From Gammaproteobacteria bacterium (lineage in GTDB: Bacteria > Pseudomonadota > Gammaproteobacteria > UBA4575): a stretch of DNA of 64,000 nt. The position numbers were made by a program, and so were the translations under genes. Below are positions 38,625 through 47,449 of the stretch, piece by piece (within the stretch, counting starts at the first letter, position 1; each line of letters begins with the position of its first letter). The notes below the pieces were generated by a model. That model searched no databases. It saw nothing but the letters and a program-made list of their open reading frames with translations, and was not told where the DNA came from. The DNA is taken from assembly GCA_965243395.1 (NCBI GenBank), contig CBDEUS010000001.1:672001-736000 (forward strand), in the 5' to 3' direction.

Positions 38625-39569
38625 ATGATCAGTGTGAATGAGTTAGCTAAGCCTTTGGTTCAAGAACTTGTGACAAAAAGTGAAGCATTGCGAGTGAAAG
38701 TTGGAAAATTTTCCAATGGCGCAAATTATATTGATGCTGGGATTGATTGTGTTGGCGGATTAGAAGCAGGCAGGATCATAGGCGAGATTTGTATGGGCGG
38801 TTTAGGTAAAGTGAATTTATACCATGCTTCGGCTGTAGGAGAATGGCCATTATCATTGCATGTACATAGTTCGCATCCCGTAATCGCTTGTTTAGCAAGT
38901 CAATACGCTGGCTGGAGTCTGTCGCATGAAAAATTTCATGCACTAGGTTCTGGCCCCGGGCGTGCGATCGCATTAAAAGAACCTTTGTTTGAAGAGTTAG
39001 GCTATAAAGATAATTGTGATAGTGCGGTGTTCGTTCTAGAAGTTGATAAGCTTCCACCTATTGAATTAGTCGATAAAGTTGCTGAAACCTGCAAGCTAGA
39101 TGCAAGTGCAATAACATTTATATTAACACCCACCAGCTCAATAGCAGGTTGTATGCAAGTGGTGGCACGTGTTTTAGAAGTAGCTATGCACAAAACACAT
39201 GAACTACATTTTCCGCTAGAAAATGTTTTAGATGGTTCTGCGAGTGCGCCGTTATCTCCACCGATTCCAGATTTTGTTAAAGCGATGGGCCGAACCAACG
39301 ATGCCATCTTGTTCGCTGGAAGAGTGCAATTATTTGTAAGTGGAGATGATGCCGCTGCTGAGAAACTTGCGAAAGAATTGCCTTCAAGTTCTTCGCGCGA
39401 TTATGGAAAACCATTTGCACAGATTTTTAAAGATTATGAATATGATTTTTTCAAGGTAGACCCAATGTTGTTTAGTCCTGCATCGGTCATGGTGACGGCG
39501 GTGGAAAGTGGTAATACTTTCCGTGGTGGGGAGCTTGATCCTGCGCTTCTAAACAAATCATTTTCATAA
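38625..39569 (+). CDS. mch: Methenyl-H4MPT cyclohydrolase
   Basis: GGLEAG...[56 protein letters not shown]. Confidence 0.96.
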   Translation: MISVNELAKPLVQELVTKSEALRVKVGKFSNGANYIDAGIDCVGGLEAGRIIGEICMGGLGKVNLYHASAVGEWPLSLHVHSSHPVIACLASQYAGWSLSHEKFHALGSGPGRAIALKEPLFEELGYKDNCDSAVFVLEVDKLPPIELVDKVAETCKLDASAITFILTPTSSIAGCMQVVARVLEVAMHKTHELHFPLENVLDGSASAPLSPPIPDFVKAMGRTNDAILFAGRVQLFVSGDDAAAEKLAKELPSSSSRDYGKPFAQIFKDYEYDFFKVDPMLFSPASVMVTAVESGNTFRGGELDPALLNKSFS

Positions 39570-39591
39570 CAGAAACATCTTAAGAAGACTT

Positions 39592-40506
39592 ATGAAACAT
39601 ATTGCCGTTATCACAGATGATCCCGGCTGGCATGGCAAGGAGTTACATGATGCGTTCAATCGAAAAGGTTTTCGGTGTACTAATGTTTCATTAACGGAAT
39701 GTCATTTTGATATAGGAGCACAAAATAATAAAAGTTTATTTTTGCCAGGTTTTGAAAATGATCTTCCAGATGGTGTTTTTGTTAGAGGTGTGCCAGGTGG
39801 AACTCTAGAAGAAGTTGTTTTTTATTTAGATATTTTGCATGCCCTGCAAGAATTAAACATTCTTGTTTATAACAACGCGCGTGCAGTAGAACGCAGTGTC
39901 GATAAAGGTATGACAAGTTTTCTATTGCATCAGGCTGGTATTTCTACACCTCCTACATGGGTGGGGAATGATGTGCATAAAGCTTATGCATTTGTTCGAA
40001 GAGAGTTAGGTATGGGTAATCAAGTTGTAGCCAAACCTCTGTTTGGATCACAAGGCAAAAATCTACAACTCATTTCTAAGTTTGAAGACATGGTTAATTT
40101 CAATGTCTACAATAAGATTTACTATTTGCAACGATTCATTCACACAGGGCAAGAAAAGGCATTTGACTGGCGCCTGTTTATTATTGGTGATCAAGTCGTA
40201 GCATCGATGAAAAGAGAAGCTGCTAACTGGATTAGCAATGTTGCAAACGGCGGTAAATGCTATTCAGCACTGATAAATGACAAATTTGCTGAATTAGCTA
40301 AAGAAGCTGTGAAGGTAGTTGATATGCACTATGCTGGGGTAGATCTTATGCAAGACGCCGAGGGTAGGCTATGGGTTACTGAAGTGAATAGCATACCCGC
40401 GTGGAAAGGACTGCAAAGTGTAAATAATTTAGTGGTTGCGGATAAGCTCGTTGAGCACTTTATAAAGTGTTTAGGTGCTTATTCGAAAATAACTGTCGCA
40501 AGTTAG
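39592..40506 (+). CDS. Orf5 RimK-family ATP-grasp glutamate ligase (C1 cofactor biosynthesis)
   Basis: GWHG, VFVRGVPGGTLEEV, ERSVDKGMTS, KPLFGSQG, DWR, YAGVDL, EVNSIPAW. Confidence 0.9.
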   Translation: MKHIAVITDDPGWHGKELHDAFNRKGFRCTNVSLTECHFDIGAQNNKSLFLPGFENDLPDGVFVRGVPGGTLEEVVFYLDILHALQELNILVYNNARAVERSVDKGMTSFLLHQAGISTPPTWVGNDVHKAYAFVRRELGMGNQVVAKPLFGSQGKNLQLISKFEDMVNFNVYNKIYYLQRFIHTGQEKAFDWRLFIIGDQVVASMKREAANWISNVANGGKCYSALINDKFAELAKEAVKVVDMHYAGVDLMQDAEGRLWVTEVNSIPAWKGLQSVNNLVVADKLVEHFIKCLGAYSKITVAS

Positions 40507-40543
40507 CTACGTTGGCATTAATTTTAACTACTGATCAAATGCT

Positions 40544-41776
40544 ATGAGCTTTTTCGAAATCGTATCAATGTTGCTGTGTTTTGCAGCTGTCTTCGCATAT
40601 ATCAATTACAAATACATAAAATTGCCTACCACAATTGGCATTATGTTATTAAGTTTAATGTTCTCATTAGTACTCGTTTTATTTGGAGAGCTTGGGTTTT
40701 CGTTAGAAGATCAAGCAACCAGAATTGTAGGAAGTATTGATTTTAACGAAGCTTTACTACATGGAATGTTAAGTTTTCTACTTTTTGCTGGCGCATTACA
40801 TGTAAATCTGAATGATTTGCGCGAACAAAAGTGGGTAATTGGAACATTAGCCACAGTTGGTGTGATTTGCTCTACATTCATCATAGGGACTGTGATGTTT
40901 TATGTATTGCAGTGGTTAGACATCCATGTTGCATATATTTATTGCTTAGTGTTTGGTGCGTTGATTTCTCCAACAGACCCAATTGCTGTAATGGGAATTT
41001 TAAAAATAGCTGGGGCACCTAAGACATTGGAAACAAAGATTGCTGGCGAATCATTGTTTAATGACGGTGTTGGTGTGGTTGTGTTTTTAGTTCTACTTGG
41101 TATTGCAACCGGTGGAGATGAAATTACGACAACGCAAGTTATCAAGCTGTTTTCTGTAGAAGCCTTAGGCGGTGTTACATTTGGTCTAGGTTTAGGATTT
41201 CTTGGCTTCTTCATGCTACGAGGCGTAGATAACTACCAAGTTGAAGCTTTAATTACCTTAGCATTGGTTTCCGGTGGGTATGCATTTGCTGAGTACTTAC
41301 ATATTTCGGCACCGATAGCGATCGTAGTTGCAGGGTTGTTTATAGGTAATCAAGGGCGAATGTTAGCAATGTCAGATAAGACGCGGAAACGATTGGATGA
41401 TTTCTGGGAACTCATTGATGAAATTCTCAATGCAGTATTGTTTTTGTTAATTGGTTTGGAATTGTTAATTCTTACCTTTACCAATCAATTCATGATTGCG
41501 GGATTGATAGCAATTCCGGTTGTTTTGTTAGCACGATTTGCATGTGTGGGCACCCCAATTCACATAATGAGGAAGTTTAGAACGTTCTCGCCTTATGCGG
41601 CGACTATTCTTACCTGGGGTGGTTTACGTGGCGGTATTTCAGTTGCATTAGCACTTTCTATACCTCCTGGCCCAGCCAGAGAGCCCTTACTTGTAATTAC
41701 ATATTTCGTTGTCGTATTTTCAATACTTGTTCAGGGTTTAACAGTCAAAAAAGTTTTGGCTCTTTCGCAAAAATAA
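40544..41776 (+). CDS. nhaP: CPA1 family Na+/H+ antiporter (NhaP-like)
   Basis: LLFAGALHV, GALISPTDPIAV, GESLFNDGVG, WGGLRGGISVALAL. Confidence 0.9.
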   Translation: MSFFEIVSMLLCFAAVFAYINYKYIKLPTTIGIMLLSLMFSLVLVLFGELGFSLEDQATRIVGSIDFNEALLHGMLSFLLFAGALHVNLNDLREQKWVIGTLATVGVICSTFIIGTVMFYVLQWLDIHVAYIYCLVFGALISPTDPIAVMGILKIAGAPKTLETKIAGESLFNDGVGVVVFLVLLGIATGGDEITTTQVIKLFSVEALGGVTFGLGLGFLGFFMLRGVDNYQVEALITLALVSGGYAFAEYLHISAPIAIVVAGLFIGNQGRMLAMSDKTRKRLDDFWELIDEILNAVLFLLIGLELLILTFTNQFMIAGLIAIPVVLLARFACVGTPIHIMRKFRTFSPYAATILTWGGLRGGISVALALSIPPGPAREPLLVITYFVVVFSILVQGLTVKKVLALSQK

Positions 41777-41840
41777 TTGCTCTGCGTGTGCAATTTCTAG
41801 CAAACTGTTGCTCAATCCTCAAGAAGGCCGATCAATTGTA

Positions 41841-42680
41841 ATGGAACTTCAAAAAGAGCTGATCCGCTTATATCTGCATACCTGTGAGTTAGATGTTCAA
41901 TCATTGAAACCAGGCAATGTGAGTGTCTATTCATCTGTAAAAGATTTGTCAGTTGATGATTTTTTGAACAGTGCACAAGCCAGTGCTAAAGAAATTACTG
42001 CTGTAGATGTTCCACTAGGAGTTCGAATCTTGAGGGCAGTAGAGGCTACTCAAAGTGCAGTAGGGACAAACACCAATCTAGGTATGATTTTACTGATTGC
42101 TCCGCTCATCCAAGCCCGTTATATATCTAAAGATGGCTCAAAGATTAGAATGAATCTAGGGTCAGTTTTAAAACAGACTTCCATCCAAGATGCGCGTGAC
42201 GTTTATCAAGCCATTCGCATGGCAAACCCAGGAGGAATGGGCGAAAAAACCAATCAAGATATTTCTGAGGAACCTAATGTAACCCTCTTAAATACAATGA
42301 AAATTGCGGCAGATTGGGATCAAATTGCTGCACAATATTCGAACAATTTTGAAGCAATATTTTGCTTTGGAGTACCGCAATTTAAAACGCTAAATATGCG
42401 CTGGCAAGATGAAAAATGGGCTACAAGTGGTGTATTTTTGTCGTTTTTAGCCCAATACCCTGACAGTTTAATTGAACGTAAGTTTGGACAGTTAAAAGCT
42501 AGAGAAATTAGTGATATGATCTCCGAACTTGAGATGGAGCTCTGCCGATCGGACTTACCGGGTAGGTACGAGGCACAATTATTAGAAATTGACAGCCAGC
42601 TCAAGCGTGACCTAATCAACCCGGGAACCACTGCGGATCTCACTGCAGCTAGCATTTTTGCAGCTGGCTTGTGTAATTGA
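41841..42680 (+). CDS. Orf7, CitG-like triphosphoribosyl-dephospho-CoA synthase family
   Basis: KPGNV, NTNLG..LL.APL, NPGTTADLTAA; H4MPT cluster position before fae. Confidence 0.88.
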   Translation: MELQKELIRLYLHTCELDVQSLKPGNVSVYSSVKDLSVDDFLNSAQASAKEITAVDVPLGVRILRAVEATQSAVGTNTNLGMILLIAPLIQARYISKDGSKIRMNLGSVLKQTSIQDARDVYQAIRMANPGGMGEKTNQDISEEPNVTLLNTMKIAADWDQIAAQYSNNFEAIFCFGVPQFKTLNMRWQDEKWATSGVFLSFLAQYPDSLIERKFGQLKAREISDMISELEMELCRSDLPGRYEAQLLEIDSQLKRDLINPGTTADLTAASIFAAGLCN

Positions 42681-42801
42681 CGCTTGTTAATTACTACAAG
42701 ACAGAGGTAAAACAGCAGTAGGTCCCAGACAATAGTCTGCGGTTTTCCAAGGTGGATTTGCAAGCGGGCATGCAATGCTTAGCTTGTAGTTTGTCGACAA
42801 A
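42681..42801 (+). promoter_or_regulatory. Candidate structured RNA leader or operator region upstream of fae
   Basis: ACTACAAG(42693-42700)/CTTGTAGT(42783-42790) closing stem, several internal hairpins, 46 G+C in 98 nt, TTTGTCGACAAA palindrome. Confidence 0.4.
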
Positions 42802-42829
42802 TTAGAAATATAATTTTAGGAGAATAATA

Positions 42830-43357
42830 ATGGCATTAATTAATAAAGTAATGGTCGGGGAGTCGCTCGTTAATGATAACGATCCTTCCGGCACTATGGC
42901 TGAAATTGCGCATATCGACTTATTGGTCGGTCCTCGCGGTTCTGCTGTTGAAACTGCTTTTTGTAATGGCTTGGTGAATAACAAGGATGGCTTCTCTACA
43001 TTATTGGCCGTAATTGCACCAAATCTACCTTGTAAGCCAAATACTATGATGTTCAACAAAGTAACTATTAAAGGTGCAGAGCAAGCGGTTCAAATGTTTG
43101 GCCCAGCTCAAGCTGCAGTTGCTAAAGCGGTAGCAGATAGTGTTGAAGACGGTACTATTCCTGCTGATGAAGCGGATGATGTATTTGTTTGCGTTGGTGT
43201 TTTCATTCACTGGGAAGCTAAGAGCAACGAAGCGATTTATGAAAACAACTACAAGGCAACTAAAGAAGCACTAGAGCGTGCCGTTAAGGACGAGCCAAAA
43301 GCTTCTACAGTTGTTGCACAAAAAGATAGCGCGGAGCACCCATTCAAAGGCTTCTAA
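42830..43357 (+). CDS. fae: Formaldehyde-activating enzyme
   Basis: [56 protein letters not shown]; AGGAG SD. Confidence 0.96.
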   Translation: MALINKVMVGESLVNDNDPSGTMAEIAHIDLLVGPRGSAVETAFCNGLVNNKDGFSTLLAVIAPNLPCKPNTMMFNKVTIKGAEQAVQMFGPAQAAVAKAVADSVEDGTIPADEADDVFVCVGVFIHWEAKSNEAIYENNYKATKEALERAVKDEPKASTVVAQKDSAEHPFKGF

Positions 43358-43379
43358 GCAACTTTTTATTGCTAAATAT

Positions 43380-43413
43380 AAAAATGCCCCGACTATGTTC
43401 GGGGCATTTTTTT
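43380..43413 (+). terminator. Rho-independent terminator of fae
   Basis: AAAAATGCCCCGA-CTATGT-TCGGGGCATTTTT 13-bp hairpin with T7 tail. Confidence 0.9.
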
Positions 43414-43474
43414 GCCTGGGACTTTTGTTGAGTTTAATATGATGGTCAAAACTTAGTCTTGATATAATACGAAT

Positions 43475-44695
43475 ATGCGATGTAAAGAGTGTAATAAAGA
43501 TATAGGTAGCTATATAAGCAATGAGCATTTATACGCTTGTTGTGGGTTAACTTTACAAGAATATGCATTACGCCATCATCAACCGTTGGATTTGTTGCTG
43601 AATACAGATCAAATTAACTTGCAAGATAATGTTTCAAATTATGAAAAACAGAACAGGCCCGCTAGCCAACAAGCGCAGAATCTGCTTAATGGTTTGTATA
43701 TGGCTAATGCCCTCCAGCAAGAGGGAGATTTTACATTTGTCACGCTGGGAATACGCAGATTAGAACAACTATTGTGGTACCAGAATATTTTGCAGTCTAT
43801 TGGATTTCAGTTTAAGCAAGAGTATTTTTATGCAAATGATAGTCACCGAGTGATTGCCAGAAATGCACTTAAAATTCCTACTGCTTTTTTACCACCTAGA
43901 ATAGTAAACCACTCGGATGATTCATTGTTACAGCAGCTTGCCGTATTGATTGCGCATATCGGTGAACTGCATGCCGGTTATTTATTTATAGATTTTCCTC
44001 AACAACAGAATGCTGAACAAATAGCTGCTAAATTGGCAAATAATCATCAAATCCGTATAAAACCGCTGATGGCTACGGAACATTTTGACGGACAATTAAT
44101 GAGATGCGAAACATTAGAAGATACTTCGCGTCTGCTTACATTGTTAACTGAATATTTAGAAGATATTCCTAATGCGCGAGAGAGATTTTTTGAAAAACAT
44201 GAAGAGGCGCTTGTAGCTAAAGAATTAGTATTTGATTCTGCTCATTTCATCACCGACCACCCTGATAAATGTGCAAATCTCCATGGCGGAAGGTATGCCA
44301 TGAATGTAAAAGTTAAAGATCAAATTGACCCATTAACTGGGTTTGTATTGGATTATGGTTATTTAAAACGTATAGCCAAAGAAAAAATTGTAAATCAGCT
44401 TGATCACCATAACCTTAATTATGTATCAGCTGAATTATCTTGGCGTTCAAGCACGGAATTGTTAAGTATTTTTATTTGGGAAAAACTGATCGAATATTTG
44501 CCGGGTTTAACGGAATTACAGATTTATGAGACTAGTCAATCACATTGTTGTTTCAAAGGCCCTAGTTTGGATGAGCTGCAGAAGAAAGGGAGTAGCGTGT
44601 TATTGAATCATTTTAGTTCTGACGAATTAGGGAAATCTCAACTGCGAAATTTGCTGGATCAGAACATACAGCGTAAATTTAAAGTGATTGGCTGA
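43475..44695 (+). CDS. Fusion: N-terminal Zn-finger, degenerate LAGLIDADG-like region, C-terminal QueD/6-pyruvoyl-tetrahydropterin synthase domain
   Basis: C-terminal FDSAH..KCANLHGG.Y, GFVLDYG.LK, LDHHNLN, YET are QueD motifs (confident); N-terminal CxxC-x11-H-x3-C plus GLT..EY; middle-domain call is by-eye inference. Confidence 0.7.
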   Translation: MRCKECNKDIGSYISNEHLYACCGLTLQEYALRHHQPLDLLLNTDQINLQDNVSNYEKQNRPASQQAQNLLNGLYMANALQQEGDFTFVTLGIRRLEQLLWYQNILQSIGFQFKQEYFYANDSHRVIARNALKIPTAFLPPRIVNHSDDSLLQQLAVLIAHIGELHAGYLFIDFPQQQNAEQIAAKLANNHQIRIKPLMATEHFDGQLMRCETLEDTSRLLTLLTEYLEDIPNARERFFEKHEEALVAKELVFDSAHFITDHPDKCANLHGGRYAMNVKVKDQIDPLTGFVLDYGYLKRIAKEKIVNQLDHHNLNYVSAELSWRSSTELLSIFIWEKLIEYLPGLTELQIYETSQSHCCFKGPSLDELQKKGSSVLLNHFSSDELGKSQLRNLLDQNIQRKFKVIG

Positions 44696-45395
44696 GGACT
44701 TTGATTTCATTTTGTGAAATCATTTGTGTATGTAAGGCCGTTGAGATTAAAGTCCCTGCAAAGCCTTTTTCACTAAGATTTTGAATATCATCTAAGTTTC
44801 TAATTCCACCACCATAATAAAGATGAAAATCGCTAATTAAATGATGTGATTTTATTTCTTCGGGGTAATTAACTCCTTGTTTAGTTCCGACAGAGTTTAA
44901 GTTTAATATGATTACATCTTTCGGCCACTGATTTTTGTGTTCGAATAAATCATTAGTACCAAGAAAATCATTATTTTTATAATCTAGAGATAAAATAAAA
45001 CGATGCTCAGAATACTTGTTCATTAAATCAGTAAATATAGATACCGAGTTAATTGTTTCTGAGGATAGAATGAAGCGTAAGTTAATCTCTATTGCTTGTT
45101 TTAAGTAGTGCCCAGCTGATGATAAACCGCAATCTAACCATATTTCTGTATTAGGATATTTATTGCATAATGTTTTGATTATTTCATAGTTGTCACCTTG
45201 ACATTCTAGTGCATCAAGATCAGCTATATATACTGTTTTGAAATTAAATACACTTAAAAACCCATCTATTACGTCAGATGGATTTGCTGAAGAACAAATC
45301 TTGGAGTCAATTGCTTTATAATTTTCCCTATCTCCAGCAATAGCTTGAACGACTAGGCCATTATAGAGGTCTATCACTGGAATTATCTGCATCAA
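44679..45395 (-). CDS. Orf17 HisA/HisF-related TIM-barrel protein
   Basis: IIPVIDL..G.VV.A..GDR..Y, YIADLDAL, WLDCG, LSLD, GGGIR, STALH. Confidence 0.88.
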   Translation of the reverse strand: MMQIIPVIDLYNGLVVQAIAGDRENYKAIDSKICSSANPSDVIDGFLSVFNFKTVYIADLDALECQGDNYEIIKTLCNKYPNTEIWLDCGLSSAGHYLKQAIEINLRFILSSETINSVSIFTDLMNKYSEHRFILSLDYKNNDFLGTNDLFEHKNQWPKDVIILNLNSVGTKQGVNYPEEIKSHHLISDFHLYYGGGIRNLDDIQNLSEKGFAGTLISTALHTQMISQNEIKVLSQSL

Positions 45396-45402
45396 TTACA
45401 TA

Positions 45403-46398
45403 ATGAATATTTTAATTTTTGAGTATATCACTGGCGGGGGTTTGGTCGAGCAAGATTTGCCGAGCTCTCTTGTAAACGAAGGTGAGTTGATGTTGACTGC
45501 ATCGGCAAATGATTTTAATGAGATTACAGATGTTCAAGTTAGCGTTCTACGGGACTATCGCCTTCAGAATATAGAATATGAATTTGAACAGTACATAGTA
45601 AGCCCAGAGCAAAATTATTCTCAAATCATTAGCAAAATAGAAGACTCAATAGACGCATTGCTTATTATTGCCCCAGAATCAAATAATACTTTAACGAGCT
45701 TATGTGAAAAGTATTCTGAATACGATTTTATATTGCTTAATTCTTCTACTCAAAGTGTTGCATTAACGAGCAACAAATTTGCAAGCAATAATTATTTAAA
45801 ATCTTTTGGAATACCACAAATACCTACTTACGAATTAAAAGATATTTTTTGTATTCAAACAGACAGATTGGTTATAAAACCAAAAGACGGGGTAGGTTGT
45901 GAAGGTATACGTTTACTTAATTCATATGATGATGTTGAAAATATCATCTCTTCTGATGAACAAGAGAAATATATAGCACAACCTTATCTTGAAGGAGAAA
46001 GTCTAAGTTTAAGTTTGGTATGTTGCCAAGGAGAATGTGTGCTGCTTAGCGTGAATAAACAAATTATTATTGAAGATAATAATAGTCTAGGGCTCAAGCG
46101 ATGTCTGGTTAATGCTAAAGACCGTGATTCATTCATAGAATTTAGTCAAAACCTAGTTTCCAAATTATCGGGATTAAAAGGTTATATTGGTATAGATGTG
46201 TTAATTGTTGAAAATAAAACCTTCTTAATTGAAATAAATCCGAGATTAACGACTTCTTATGTAGGTTTAAAATCCGCATTAAATATCAACCCTGCTGAAC
46301 ATATTCTTCATACTTTTATGCATAATGAACTACTCAGTGTTAATAACCCTGCTGATAATCTTGTAACGGTAGAGATGGGTAAGCTGTATGCCGCCTGA
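45403..46398 (+). CDS. Orf1 ATP-grasp protein (MfnD-like tyramine-glutamate ligase family)
   Basis: ILIFEYITGGG, EGELML, IIAPES, KPKDGVGCEG, GYIGID, EINPRLTTSYVGL. Confidence 0.87.
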   Translation: MNILIFEYITGGGLVEQDLPSSLVNEGELMLTASANDFNEITDVQVSVLRDYRLQNIEYEFEQYIVSPEQNYSQIISKIEDSIDALLIIAPESNNTLTSLCEKYSEYDFILLNSSTQSVALTSNKFASNNYLKSFGIPQIPTYELKDIFCIQTDRLVIKPKDGVGCEGIRLLNSYDDVENIISSDEQEKYIAQPYLEGESLSLSLVCCQGECVLLSVNKQIIIEDNNSLGLKRCLVNAKDRDSFIEFSQNLVSKLSGLKGYIGIDVLIVENKTFLIEINPRLTTSYVGLKSALNINPAEHILHTFMHNELLSVNNPADNLVTVEMGKLYAA

Positions 46399-47440
46399 TT
46401 TGTTGCAAAGCGTAGTAGGTTGGGATGTTGGCGGCGCTCATGTAAAAGTTGCCAATATGCAAGGCGACACCATCTCTAATGTTTTTCAGCTATCTTGTCC
46501 ATTATGGAAAGGTTTGCAAGAGTTGACTCACTGTATTGAAAATGTGCAAAAAAATTTAGATGTATCCCATAGCAAACATGCAATTACAATGACGGGTGAA
46601 TTGGTAGATCACTTCGAAAATCGTAAGCAAGGTGTGGTATGTATCGTTGATGAGATGAATAAAAAACTCTCTGCCGATAGAACTTATTTTTTTGCTGGTG
46701 AAATGGGTTTTTTAGATAGCTCAAGTGCAATTAAAGAATTTGAAAAAGTTGCTTCAGCGAATTGGCTGGCTAGTGCACAGTATGTAGCGAACAAAATATC
46801 AAATGCATTGTTTATAGATATTGGTAGCACGACTACAGATGTCATAACAATAGAAAATAATAAGGTTACTAGCGAAGGCTATACGGATGCCCAAAGATTA
46901 GTAGCTAAGGAGCTTGTTTATTGTGGAGTGGTTAGAACACCAATCTTTGCAATTTGTAATAGTGCATTGATTAAAAACCAAAATACACCGGTTATAAATG
47001 AATATTTTTCTAGTATGGCAGATATATATCGTATAACTGAAGAGCTGCCTACGCATGCGGATATAGGTGAAACACTGGATGGACGCGCCAAAGACATTAT
47101 GGCAAGTACTAAGCGTCTGGCACGTATGTTTGCACACGATGCCCACTCTTCTGAACTTGACATCTGGCATGCTGTCGCAATGCAAATACGAACAATGCAA
47201 ATTCAAATGATTAAAGATGCGTGTAGACATCAGCTCATGAAAAAATCGATACCATTATCAACCCCGATAGTGGGAGCAGGTGTGGGTCGTTTTTTAGCAA
47301 AAACACTTGCCGCTGAACTCGGGCGCGAATATATTGATTTCGAGAACCTATTTAGTATTGCTAATGTTGTAAACGATTTTAGTATTAGTGATTGTGCGCC
47401 TGCAGCAGCAGTAGCTTGTCTTGCAGGTAGTCAAGTATAG
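46388..47440 (+). CDS. Orf9 hydantoinase/oxoprolinase-family protein (MfnF-like)
   Basis: GWDVGGAHVK, PLWKG, TMTGELVD.F, ASANW, DIGSTTTD, ELVY.GVVRTP, GAGVGRF, DCAPA. Confidence 0.88.
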   Translation: MPPDLLQSVVGWDVGGAHVKVANMQGDTISNVFQLSCPLWKGLQELTHCIENVQKNLDVSHSKHAITMTGELVDHFENRKQGVVCIVDEMNKKLSADRTYFFAGEMGFLDSSSAIKEFEKVASANWLASAQYVANKISNALFIDIGSTTTDVITIENNKVTSEGYTDAQRLVAKELVYCGVVRTPIFAICNSALIKNQNTPVINEYFSSMADIYRITEELPTHADIGETLDGRAKDIMASTKRLARMFAHDAHSSELDIWHAVAMQIRTMQIQMIKDACRHQLMKKSIPLSTPIVGAGVGRFLAKTLAAELGREYIDFENLFSIANVVNDFSISDCAPAAAVACLAGSQV

Positions 47441-47449
47441 TCGTATTTT

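Noticed and set aside
42320-42775. 151-aa minus-strand ORF and the other short antisense or nested ORFs in the track
   Set aside because: They shadow well-supported genes and show no motifs or SD sequences
43475-44210. Active homing endonuclease or intein in queD
   Set aside because: Catalytic acidic residues appear absent, no Cys/Ser...His-Asn splice junctions are evident, and the QueD domain is not interrupted
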